From NCBI GenBank assembly GCA_024137785.1, contig JAHRHZ010000069.1:22032750-22096749 (forward strand): a stretch of 64,000 bases of DNA, written 5' to 3'. Under the pieces are notes generated by a model that was not told the origin of the DNA, made no database searches, and saw nothing but the letters and a program-made list of their open reading frames with translations. The position numbers and the translations under genes are program-made. Source of the DNA: Ginglymostoma cirratum (taxonomy: Eukaryota). Positions within the stretch are counted from its first letter, which is position 1, and every line of letters starts with the position of its first letter. Positions 51,667 through 63,336 of this stretch are shown here, one piece after another.

Positions 51667-52749
51667 GGTTTCTGGGTCAGAACTTGAGCTACTTTTAGCT
51701 TATACAAAATGTATGCCAAAACCTTTATTTCATAATGCACTGATCCTGAACTACTGGTCCTAATTCACTTTATGTTGGCTTTTGCTAGCAGTGGTAGGGG
51801 AACTGGGGAGCTAACAGTAGCCTATGGCAAACCAAAGGTTAACTTGCCAGGATTCACCTTTTAATACCTCGCTCATTGGACTTGGGAGACCTTGGTAAGT
51901 TTCCTCGAAAATGAAGCCTGCAGAAGTCTCACGTGTTGGCCTCCATTTCTGGCATGGATAGCAAATGGCATCAAAGCAGCTTCAAATAGTGCCAGTGTAA
52001 ATGGATTTAAAATTCCTTCTCTTGTTGTGTGTCTAAATGTTGGCTGAAACTTCAATCTCAGGTTAGGATTATATGACCCTGCAATATTGCCTCAAGGTCT
52101 AGATGCTCTCGATACCGTCCATTTTGGATGCACATGACGGCTGTGCTAAAACAGCTTTTCTGTTGTGCTAACATACTGATCTGAGAGTTGTAAGCAAATT
52201 CCTGAATCACTCCAAGTTTGTGCCTTGGTCTATTTCTGGTGGTAGTCCTTCAAACCCGTAAAGACTTCATTTTTTGAAGCAGTCAGGTGCCAAATTTGCT
52301 TTATGTTGGTCATGTGCCGACAGTGGTAAGGGAACTGCAGAGTTAACAGCACCCGGGCATCTTCAGTGTAATATATCACTTTTCAATCGCGGTTTCCAAA
52401 CTTTATTTTCTGGCAGCCGTACTTTCCTATTTGCTGTTGAATGTGCAGAGAACCAGTGTACTCCAACAATTTCAGAAGATGGAGTAAATGGCTATGTTCA
52501 CCCATGACCAGAAAGACTTATGTAAGCATCTCTATCAACAGGATTGTTATTGTTGTCAATTATTATCACTGCCTATTCTGTCCACCTCTTCAAGCAGACC
52601 TTTTCACTCCCATTTAATCCTGTGTCCTATTATTGCTGTAAAGTCAACAGTTTGTGCCTTTTTATTTAAGGTAGCTTAACATGAAGTGAATGCTGTCTTA
52701 CTAAGTAACATTGTAGCCTAAGCAAAAGCCATGGAGGGGAAGTCTGTAG

Positions 52750-53335
52750 TCAAGGACAAAATGTTTACACTTGCTGGGTCGACTAGAACGGGGTGCCATA
52801 AATGCAGGACAGCCACTAATAAATCTAATAGAGATTTCAGGAGAAGCAATTTTACTTTAAGGGATGTAAAAACTTGCTATCTAAAGAAGTAGTTCAAGTA
52901 TTAGTACAAATACATTTGAGGGGAAGCTGGGGTAATACATGAAAGGGGAAAGAGTTTCCCATGACTGCCACCTCTAAGTGATGGAAAGAATAGGAAGAAA
53001 ATTGACCTTATTCTTGAGCAATGGGCAGTAGCTACTGATCTAAAGATAGCGCTGAAGAATGTGAAATCTTATTTTCTTCTTGCAGGCTGCCCTGCAGTCC
53101 CAGCCCCCCTCTTTACTGCCTCCCCCACCCCAATTCCTGGCCCTTGTGACATCACTGGCCGTGTCTCCGCATGCACGGGAGCCATTTTGCACTATGGGTA
53201 ATTGTTTGCAGACGAAGGAATCAAAAGTTTTGCTGGTAGGGTGAGATAAAGATGAATAGGAGGAGTCTGAAATGGAGCATAAACTCTGGCAGGTGTACGT
53301 TAGACTGAATGGTCTGTTTCTGTGCTGTGATTCCG
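52750..53335 (+). mobile_element. old CR1 3' end, interrupted
   Basis: DKMFTL..STRTG motif, catttgaggggaagctgg and the tail agactgaatggtctgtttctgtgctgt. Confidence 0.55.
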
Positions 53336-53490
53336 AAAAAGAAAGCATCTGCGTAAGGATTTGGACTTCTTAGTCCATAAAAATGTCAGTGTTTTGCTCT
53401 GCAAGTTCTTTTGTTGTGCAGTTGCTATTGTTTTTCTTGCATGGTGAGATTCCACAATGCATTGAATAACCTGTTAATCAGTGGTGTTTG

Positions 53491-53578
53491 AGATAACAAG
53501 GTGTAGAGCTGGATGAACACAGCAGGCCAAGCAATGTCAGAGGAGCAGGAAAGCTGACGTTTCGGGCCTAGACCCTTC
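53491..53578 (-). mobile_element. short family A pLTR insertion with 15-bp TSD
   Basis: TSD aatcagtg[g/a]tgtttg at 53476-53490 and 53579-53593. It is truncated inside the hammerhead core. Confidence 0.9.
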
Positions 53579-54504
53579 AATCAGTGATGTTTGTTCAGTC
53601 TGCTAGTGAGTAAGTGAATGCCGCTGTTCCAAATCCCACAAGCATTTTGATTTATTTTAAACAGATGTTAATACATCTTTTAAAAACCTCATTACAAATT
53701 ATAGCACAAAATAGCTCTTCTGTAATTCAGATAGCTGGGCGGTGAAGGATAGATCTGAGAGCTGGTTTTTATACACTTATAAGTTTTCATTTGTAAAGAC
53801 GCAAGAATATATTAAACATCTTGCTTGTTTATTTTGGCCACTACCAATACCACTTTGTGCCTGTGTCTAGTAACGCGTGAGACGGAGAAAGCACATGCTT
53901 ATGTCTGTTTCCAAGGTTAGTTTGCCTGGAACATGTTGCCAATCTGTTATCAAAAGCTATAGTCTAAGGGGCGCAACAGTACATCAACTGTGGTTGACCA
54001 GGATACTTTTCTGCTGTTAGCACGTGCGTGGGCGTATCGGGACGATTGACACATTGATAAGCAACCAGGTTTGTCCACAGCATGAATGCAACTTGTAGAC
54101 TATCAAGTACTGGAGTGGGGCTTAAACCCAGAGCTTCTGGCTGGAAGAGATGCTTGATGTCATTTGTGGTTTACTATATGCGTTAGTCTAGATAACACAT
54201 GGACCACTGGATTCTTGTAATCAGGTGTCTGAAGTTTATGTGCAACACTGACTATTTAAAAGGCTACAACAACACAGACGTACACACATAGTTTGGCTGT
54301 GCTTACTAATGATAGTATACGTTGCAAACATACACAACCAACAGCCTACACTACTTCAATTATCTGGAGAGACCGTGTAGACGAGGCATGTGTTATCATG
54401 TAACTGTTTGAAAGGTCTGTTTGCTCTACAGTCTGTGCTATAATTCAAGATGCTGCCCATTGTGCTACAAAATGTCCTGTGTGTGTTTGTGCTGTACTTT
54501 GTTG

Positions 54505-54672
54505 ACTAAGTTTTGAATCTGCAACCTACAGACTTGAAGTGAGAGTGCTACCCACTAAGCCACAACAGGCAGGTATTTTCCAAAAGCTGCCGTGACTTGA
54601 ACCTCTGTCCCCAGAATACGAGCCTGGGCATCTGTGTTACAAATCCAGTGACATTACCACCACACCATTGCT
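54505..54672 (-). mobile_element. two adjacent tRNA-derived SINE heads
   Basis: tttgaatctgcaacct...gagagtgctacccactaagcca, then acttgaacctctgtccccag...atccagtgacattaccac. Confidence 0.55.
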
Positions 54673-56096
54673 GGATAAGATTTTAATCCCTGAAACAGTA
54701 AATGATAAGATGCATGTTAAGCAAAACTATCGTATGACCTGGATAAGGAATAGCTTTGGATCTCAAACGAAGTAGAACGACCATCTGGTTCTCACTCATA
54801 ACATTTGTAACAGTGTCTATCATACCAATGTCACCTGTATCTTATCGCTTTCATTCAATAAAACACAACCTATTTAAGACAGGAAACATTGTATTAGTTT
54901 ACCATCTGGATTTCCTCTACCACACCAGTCCAGGCAGGTCCTATATATTCCAAACTAAAAAGAGGATTATGAGAGCAAATCTGCTTTATACTGACCAATA
55001 GTCCAGATAACTTGTACAACATGAGCAATCCTATCCATAATATTCCCTTTGCCCTTATCCTAAATACCTTGAATCAAACAAGCTCTGAGTCAGGTGGCAC
55101 TCAAACCTAGACCTTCTAGCCCAGAGATAGAGACATTACCACTGCACCCACTCGATTCAAATGCTTATAAATTTTTGTGCTCGACATATCGTAATATTTC
55201 ATTTTTACTAATTTATGAAATAGTCTTCAGCACTTCGGAGGAGACAACTTTGCACAGTTGTATGATTCAGTTAATATTTTGCAACAAACATGAATTAATG
55301 ACCCTGAGCTTATCATTAGAAGCATGGGTGAGTTTCCAATTAATGCTTGATGTGAGTTTTGTTCTCCGTAGAGTATTTTTACCTGCTGTAATAATTTTTA
55401 TGTCATCCCTTGTAACGTTATAAATTAGGCGTGGTCACCCTGATATTGAAGTATCGGACAGATTCTCACTACCAGCTGGCTGTTATGTACAGATTATTAA
55501 ATTCACAAGCGCACTGGTGTCTGGAGGAAGTTAAGCTGCAAAGTATAGTAGGCTTCTATCAACATGTCGTGCTTCAACTCATTCCAAGTGAGATGGCATC
55601 TGAGATCTTTCTGTGTTATTGATGATGTCATGGCTCTATATTAAAGTATATGGACTTGGAGACATAACACAAGGCCTGTCACTTGAATGCCATTAAGCAG
55701 ACAATTGACACACAATTAACACCCTGTTGGAACAGATTTTTACACTTTTGCTTTATAAAAGCGCATAAGATACATTCTCGGTTCTGATTCCTGCTTTTCA
55801 AAATGAAATGTTTGCACCTGTTGGAAATGAAACCTGGTCCTTCTCACCTCCAGCAGTATAATATATTTATTTGGTGCATTCACTGTGAGCTGTGATGCAT
55901 ACCCAATGCACTAGGATAGAGCACCCTCATGTGGTCAGGTTTTTAACTCTGAACGAGGGACACTGAGCTTACAGGGGAGCATTTGGAAAGTTTAGCATAT
56001 TCTGGAGTAAAACCCTAATAATATCTTCAATTAGTTCAAATGTATGAGCATTAAAATATGGTATTTTTTGAGCGCAGCTATTGCTATTTGTTTGAA

Positions 56097-56630
56097 ATAA
56101 CAAGCATGGGGCTGGATGAGCACAGCAGGTCAAGCANNNNNNNNNNNNNNNNNNNNNNNNNNNNNNNNNNNNNNNNNNNNNNNNNNNNNNNNNNNNNNNN
56201 NNNNNNNNNNNNNNNNNNNNNNNNNNNNNNNNNNNNNNNNNNNNNNNNNNNNNNNNNNNNNNNNNNNNNNNNNNNNNNNNNNNNNNNNNNNNNNNNNNNN
56301 NNNNNNNNNNNNNNNNNNNNNNNNNNNNNNNNNNNNNNNNNNNNNNNNNNNNNNNNNNNNNNNNNNNNNNNNNNNNNNNNNNNNNNNNNNNNNNNNNNNN
56401 NNNNNNNNNNNNNNNNNNNNNNNNNNNNNNNNNNNNNNNNNNNNNNNNNNNNNNNNNNNNNNNNNNNNNNNNNNNNNNNNNNNNNNNNNNNNNNNNNNNN
56501 NNNNNNNNNNNNNNNNNNNNNNNNNNNNNNNNNNNNATGCTCCTATGATGCTGCTTGACCTGCTGTGCTCATCCAGCCCCATGCTTGTTATCTCGGATTC
56601 TCCAGCATCTGCAGTACCTTTTATCTCTGA
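56097..56630. mobile_element. palindromic family A PLE insertion spanning the gap, 15-bp TSD
   Basis: Perfect TSD tgctatttgtttgaa at 56082-56096 and 56631-56645. The arms on either side of the Ns are exact reverse complements over 40 bp. Confidence 0.9.
56137..56536. other. assembly gap (400 N)
   Basis: Run of N. Confidence 1.
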
Positions 56631-59630
56631 TGCTATTTGTTTGAACTTCAGTCGGAAGTCAGACAGGTAATATTTCAAAAAGGTTTCATTGTTGATGATT
56701 TAAAATAAAAGGAAAGTGGGGAGAAAGGACTTTTACAATGTAAAAATATATCATTTCAGTTTTCAGGTTCGGCAACACAATAACCGGAAATTTGACACCT
56801 GCAGATTTCATTGTGTAATTCGCAACCACTCAACCAATTCCTCAGTGGGCTGTCTTTTTCACATTTGCAGCCTGTACATTATATTCCTGCCAGGTAAAGA
56901 TTAGCTCAGGAGGAGATTTTTAAAATCCTCCTCTGTGGGTTTTGGTTTATGCTTTGTGTCATCTTACATGTTGACTGAGACTCTCAGAATACAGAGAGGT
57001 TTGATGTGGCGGACCTGACACAGATTTCACCATTCTTTTGTGCATTGTTTTAGAGGTTCAGTATGCCTCAGCATTCTGTGAATAATTTTTTAATGCATAC
57101 TTCATTTCACTGATGCTTGATTAGCTTTGGACTGATTATATAAAATTAAAAATGTCTCCAGTTTTCTACCCTTAACCATTTTCTCAAGGCAATGTGAGGC
57201 AGGCTGCAGAATGGGAGCTACCAAGACATGGTTTGCAGCACAAACTGTCAGTCAGCTCTAAGCCAACCTGATTTCTAGCTTCAGGTCAATTCCCAGGTGG
57301 TTACACATATTACTTACTGCAGAGACAGGGGTTGACAAACTGTTTGATATTTTGAGACTGCTCGCTTTTGTCTATTCTAAACATTAATCATTTATACCAA
57401 GAAGAGTTTACTTGCTAGGAATTGGACATTACTGACTTGTGGGACAGCCTATAGTATCCCTGTTTTGGCTTCTGGGGCCAGCGTTTGTTTCAGTACTTTG
57501 TAAACTTGATCTGTTTGGCTGATCGGTATCTGCTGCAGTATATTGCTGCAAACAGAGGAAGAACTGTTGAGTATTGATATACTGTATTCATTTGGGACTT
57601 TGCTAAAGACAAGATTGGACTTAAAACCGCATGTGATTCAAATACTCTACAGATTTCAGCAATGAGAGCTAATATAAAGCTAGGATTTCTACCTTTTTAA
57701 AAAATGGCATTGCCTTTATGGACAGCTAATAGAAGAAATAGTGTGACTCAATTCCACATTGATGAAAGAATTAACATTCAGTGATCCAATGAGCCCAATC
57801 TGCCAAATCAGTTCAACAGTCTAATTTGTCTCTTGTTTCTTAATTGATTGCAAATTTGAAAGTTTGACATAGGACTTGTGTCTTTTTCAGTTTGCATGGT
57901 TTTCAGTTGGTTCTCACGGTTCCTGATGGGACGGAGGTGGAACAATTATGTCACTCCACCTCTGAAGCTAGACTACTGCATTGATCATTGTAAATACTGC
58001 ATCGTGCCATTTGCTGCATGTTCAGCTCAGAGCCATTAGACTGGATTGAGGAAATTGCAATTTCTTTTTGTTTTTACCGCAAGTGATCGGGTAGAGAGAG
58101 CAAGAGCACGATGGTGACAAAATTCAAATAACTTGGAACATGTTTTTTCAGCATTATTGGTATTTCAGGCCCAAAGGTGCATCTGGAGCAAATGAGTTTG
58201 GTTTGGTTATGCTCGATGCCATTTTGATGGGGCCGTTATCCTGGGCACTTGGGAGTACATACCAAGGAATGTAGAGTAGGCAGTTCATGGTTTCAGTCAG
58301 TGTGTAATGTTTGGAGCAGTGTCTTTTTCACCTACCTTGCTGAACAGCTTGGAACAGTTCTTGTCCTAAACGACCCAGTATTATACTGCAGTATTGTCAT
58401 GTGGACAGCAGTAAATAGTGAGGGTAACAGCTGGGGAGGTAGTGGTGACAGAATGAAGGATGTTGTCCTGAAAGGTGTCTAATAACTTCGTCTTGTTGGA
58501 GTCATTGCCACCCGCCTGGGATAGCACTGTAGCCATGTTTCTTTTATCGAAAACACAGATTATGGATTGCTGTCCACAGCCACAATGGCAGCTGTGTGAG
58601 AATGCGTGGTGTCAGTCAGCAATTGCATGGCAACAAGTTGAGTTTGCATGACTTCAACCTGATCTTTCACTGCAGCACTCAGATGATCAGTAGCTTCTTT
58701 CACATGGAGTTGGTCATCAGTTGAACACTAGAAGGAATGGGTTTCCAGCTCTCAACAAGATTTTAGCTCGACTCACTATGCTCCTAGACAACGACAGACA
58801 AGAGGCTTTCTGGCAATCTTGTTAAGGCACTGACTGTTTTGTTGTGTGTGCTTGTCAGCTTTTCTTTTAAAAGTCGCTGCTGATTTGAACCCTGTAAAGC
58901 AGAACATGTGCATTGTCTGACACAGCACTCGGGAGACAGGCACTCCCCCAAAACCCTATCCCCTTTTCATGCTGCAAGACGCTTGTGCCTAATATAGCAC
59001 GCCGAGCTGATCCCGTCTCTGCTAGCCTTCCGTGTATGCAGTGGCAGTATCTAAGCTGGTGGCTACAAGTATGAGAGAGAGTAATTGTGTTTCTTTGCAT
59101 CAGTGTCAGCCTCTTCCTTGAACACCTGTTGTTGTGGTGAGGGGAGAGGGAAAAGCAAGATGTGCATATGTACACCATCCACGGCCTGTAAATCAGCATG
59201 TGTGGGATGAGGGCTAAGTGGGATATGAGGAGGAGGATTTGCTATGAACAAAGTATCGCTGTTGCTGGTTTTGGCTGCTCCATTATCTGTGGCCCCCATT
59301 AATGGCCACTGCAGTGATGTCGAGCACCATCCCCTCAGTCAGGGTGAGGGCATTCAGTCAATATTGTCCTTTGGCTTCCTGCACTAACCTTGTCCTGCTA
59401 GAATGAATGCAATGTGTTAGTGAGTGTGATGTGAGGAATTTGGGTGATGAGGCTACAGGGTGGAATAGCTGGCAGTGAGTGTAAGCTGCCAGATATGGGT
59501 GCAGGTTTGCAGCAGTGCTTAGTGTGTGAAGGTGAGGCAAAACTGTGAATGTTAGGCATATGTCTTGTTGAATAGGTAGTTAAATGTTGGAGTTGTTGAT
59601 TGAGTTATCTGTGAGGCAATAGGTTCGGTT

Positions 59631-59880
59631 TTAAGTACATGACATTTGAGGATACGTTCGTTGACTATGACTTTTCATGAGCTCACTTGATTTCCTGCAC
59701 TGTGTACATGCCCTTGGGGCTAGACTGCTCCTATTCTTAAAGTTTATCTTCAAAGCCTCCTCGTCCCTTCCAGGGTAGAGAATCTCTCTTTCTATCCAAC
59801 ACCACTCTCCCTTACGCTTACTCTGCATGTAGGTCATGCTCTCTTCCCCAGCTACGTCAGAACCCGCTACAGCCAAAACA
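59631..59880 (-). pseudogene. Myb/SANT-like (Harbinger ORF2-type) fossil
   Basis: EREILYPG...SSLAPRACTQCRKSSELM resembles the R..LYP...R.W.QCRKKFNDL trihelix motif. Confidence 0.5.
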
Positions 59881-60273
59881 CAGGTGGTTTAAAAAAAAGC
59901 AGGCTGACTTTATGCAGTGTAGGCTAGCTTTAAACGGTGCTGCCCTCACATGATATTAAACCAGCTAATGAGGCACGGAGCCACTCAAACAGTAGATTTC
60001 ATGCTAGACTGCATGCTACTAGAATTTAAATGAGCAGGCAGCCTGAAGTTTGTGTGCAGCCTGCATTGGATGACACGTGTGGATTAATTCAACATCACGA
60101 TTACCACACTCATTATCTGGCACTACCTACTTTACTGTGCAGGTGTCTGAGCTATTGGGGTTGCTGACAAAACTCAAGTCATCTTGAAGTAAATGGGTGA
60201 AGATTGTTTAAAATTCAAAACTGATTGTATTTCTATGGAAGACTGGCAGGCTTGAGATATTTTTAATTAGTTG

Positions 60274-60621
60274 TAGAAACCCTACAGTGTAGCAACAGGC
60301 CATTTGGCCCAACCAGTCCACCATGGCTCTCCAAAGAGCATCCCACCCAGACCCACCCCACACCCTATCCCTGTAACCCTGTATTTTCCATGGCTAATCC
60401 ACCTAACCTACACATCCCTGTACACAGGGCAATTTAGCATGGCCAATCCACCTTACCTGCACATCTTTGGACTGTGTGAAGAAACCAGAGCACCCGTAGG
60501 AAATCCATGCAGACATGGGGAGAATGTGCAAACTCCATACGGTCGCCTGAGGGTGGAATTGAACCCAATTCCCTAACGCTGTGAGGTGGTAGTGCTAAAC
60601 AGTGAGCCACCGTGCTGCCCC
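60274..60621 (-). mobile_element. HE1-type V-SINE, full length
   Basis: Reverse A and B boxes (cagtgagccaccgtgctgccc, gaattgaaccc), V core and tail. Confidence 0.92.
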
Positions 60622-60710
60622 AATTAACCTGTTCAGGCATATTGTGACACCCTTCTGGAGCAAGTGGGCCTTGAACCCAGCCCTTCTGGCCACTTCAGCG
60701 TAAGAAACCC
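60622..60710 (-). mobile_element. SINE family S4
   Basis: aacctgttcaggcatattgtgacaccttctggagcaagtgggccttgaaccc, homologous to 62228-62335. Confidence 0.65.
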
Positions 60711-62227
60711 CTCTCCCACTCCCCGCCACCCCCCTCCACCAAGCAAACTTTAGATTTGAGCAAAGCTTGCAATGATTTTTTTGGTGAGGACTGGCTAGTA
60801 TGTGCACTTTGGTAGACTATACAGAGGAATATGTCTGAAGCTGATGCAAACATTTCAATGTCTGTTGAATGCTTTGTCTTATTTTAGCTATGACAAGCAG
60901 AAAGCAAACCATGAGTCACCAAATTAAAGAAATTTGCTCTCTCAATCTCTGTCCTTTGTTCTTTTTGGAGGTCTCTTATTGAAATATGATTTGCTTTTAT
61001 GTTGACCTTAGTTAAATCAGATTCTGAAAGGCTCATGTGGGCAAGTGGTTCCTGATATTTACATTGCAGCAATGAGTAGAGTCAGTTTTTCAGGGCCTTT
61101 GAGCTTTTGCTAGATTTATTAATGTAAATGCTGGCAATTGCCTCAAGGGCATCAATCTCCCAGAATCTGAATTAAAACCAGGCTCAAATAATATAGACGT
61201 ATAAACGATGGAAACTATTGAAGTGCGGTGGATGTGGGGCTGCTGAACATGATATTAAAATATTAAAGCAAAAACTTCACAAAGAGAATTAAATTGACAC
61301 AGGGGATTTCTATTCCTCTACTCCTTTACCCCACCTTCTCTTTCCTATTGTTTCTCTCGGGTTAGAATTGACACAAAACAAAACTAACTCAAGCTGTCAC
61401 AGCGTGTAATAAAGTTGCACCAGCTGAAACCAGGCATATCTAAACACACCCTACAAAGTGGTTGTGCACTGCTTGTGCTGCTGCTTATCACCCAGGCAGA
61501 ACTGTGTGATTAGTTTAGCAGACGGCAACATAACTGACAGGGCCAACGGCATCCAATCATTACACTGAGAATAAATCCTGAGAAAAGTTCAGATTGTAGG
61601 AGAAAAGCACTCACTTCAATTGTTTGTAAAAGGGAAGAGCACAAAATTATTTTCCTCCCCATCTGTCATTGGCCCATTGTATGATTTGCAGAGCTAATTA
61701 GAGACATTTGTTTTATCTCCGTGAGGCCCAAACACCTCAAATGTAATTAGGCTTTGGTAACCAAATGTTTAATGTGGAGATAGCAGATGGCAGCCCGTCA
61801 TTTTCACAAGAAAATACAGTCAGTCAGATAGTTCAGCAGAAACTATGGGTAGGATTTTCCCTTTTGGATTTGTGAACTTTATGGTTAGGCTCAGTATGAG
61901 TGAGGTACTTGCACTGTGAGGAGACATTCCCTCTGTAATGTTTTCCTGCAGTGAACAATTCACGCCCCGCCATTAAGTTAGAAATGACAGGCAGATTCAA
62001 GCTGGAAAGTTCAACAGAGGCTGTTCAGCATGAAAGATGGCTCTCCCCTCCCTCCCACCCTTTTAATGGTTGACTTTTATAGCTAGGTCACCACTGAGGG
62101 GCGGTGGTCTCCTTTGGCCAGTCTGTGACTGTTACAGCGCTGAGGTAGATGAAGAAGGTCTCCAGTCTGCTTGGAGTGTTGTGTCACACCTCAGTCTGCC
62201 TCAGTTAAAACTGTATCTGGAGGTATT

Positions 62228-62335
62228 GGTAACCAACCTGTTCAGATACGGGACACACTTCTGGAACAGATGGGACTTGAACCTGTATCTTCTGCCTCAC
62301 TTGTAGGGATAAAACCATTGTTCCACAAGACCTCT
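62228..62335 (-). mobile_element. SINE family S4
   Basis: aacctgttcagatacgggacacacttctggaacagatgggacttgaacct...ccacaagacc. Confidence 0.65.
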
Positions 62336-63068
62336 GCTGGTACCAGGAGGTCAACTGGAAAATCCAATCTTGCTTTCTTCTTAGCCTTGATGGGCTGTTG
62401 ATGACCTTAATTGGCAACTGCTGCATGTGGATGTCTAGCCATACCTCCACCTCTATCCTGCCTCCATATTAATATCTATCAAGCTGGCGACCCAGTCTGC
62501 TGGTGTCATGTGTACTGCCAGCTGGCCTTCAATTCTGCTCCCAGTGAGCTCTAAGCATCAAACCTGTGTTTTGAGTCAGCCGTTGTGTTCTGTAGATACT
62601 ATTATTCAAATGCCAAACATTTTTGATTTTTTTTTCCTAAAAGGTTTGCTAAATTCTACTCCCCAGTGATCTTTTTTGTTTTACTATGATCTGGTTCCTG
62701 GAATTTTAAATTTCCTCTGCCTGGATTCAGTCGAAGATTCAGAGATGGATAGCTGCAGTGGGTGAATTACGATCGATTTATTGAACTCCGTATTGAGTCC
62801 AGAAGATTGCAGGGGTCCAAAGCAGACAATGAGGTATTGTCCTTCCTGAGCTGAGCTGAACTGAATTGAGCTTTGAATTCAATAGTTTTAAGGCCTGAGT
62901 ACCTTCTCCCATGTGCTAACCCCCAACCCCCACACACCAGGCCTTGACATCACATGAGCTGCTGCCACAATGTACCTGTTATCAGCCAGTAATGTTCCCC
63001 ATTAGCAACTATTCATTCTCCCTGGCTGACCTTCACCCATCCCTTTGACTGCCCAACTGTTCTCTCTC

Positions 63069-63274
63069 AGAGATAATAGGAACTGCAGATGCTGGAGAAC
63101 CTGAGATAACAAGGTGTAGAGCTGAATGAACACAGCAGGCCAAGCAGCATCATAGGAGCAGGACAGCTTGACTTTTTGGTAATGAAGGGTCTAGGCCCGA
63201 AACGTCAAGCTTTCCTGCTGCTCTGATGCTGCTTGGCCTGCTGTGTTCATCTAGCTCTACACCTTGTTATCTGT
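63069..63274. mobile_element. palindromic family A insertion nested in the family B element
   Basis: Arms 63103-63172 and 63204-63272 are near-perfect inverted repeats. The tail is at 63070-63102. TSD tgttctctctc at 63058-63068 and 63275-63285. Confidence 0.9.
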
Positions 63275-63276
63275 TG

Positions 63277-63277
<1 letters not shown>

Positions 63278-63307
<30 letters not shown>

Positions 63308-63336
63308 TGTCTCTCTCTCTCTCTCTGTCTCTCTCT
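63278..63336. repeat. (CT)n/(CTGT) compound microsatellite
   Basis: ctctctctgt units expanded within the family B pLTR. Confidence 0.9.

Noticed and set aside
51298-51700. Similar 30-mers (tgg.ttctgggtc...) on both sides of the HE1 SINE
   Set aside because: They are too diverged, and the left copy is not adjacent to the SINE end, so this is not a credible TSD.
56058-56678. Long ORFs across the gap
   Set aside because: They are artefacts of the N run.
61848-62372. MITE bounded by ggattttcc and ggaaaatcc
   Set aside because: Only a 9-bp inverted match with no TSD, which is insufficient.
25408-63274. Family A palindromes as miRNA precursors or DNA-transposon MITEs
   Set aside because: Variable 11-15 bp TSDs, one-armed copies and linkage to a GIY-YIG fragment indicate a PLE origin.
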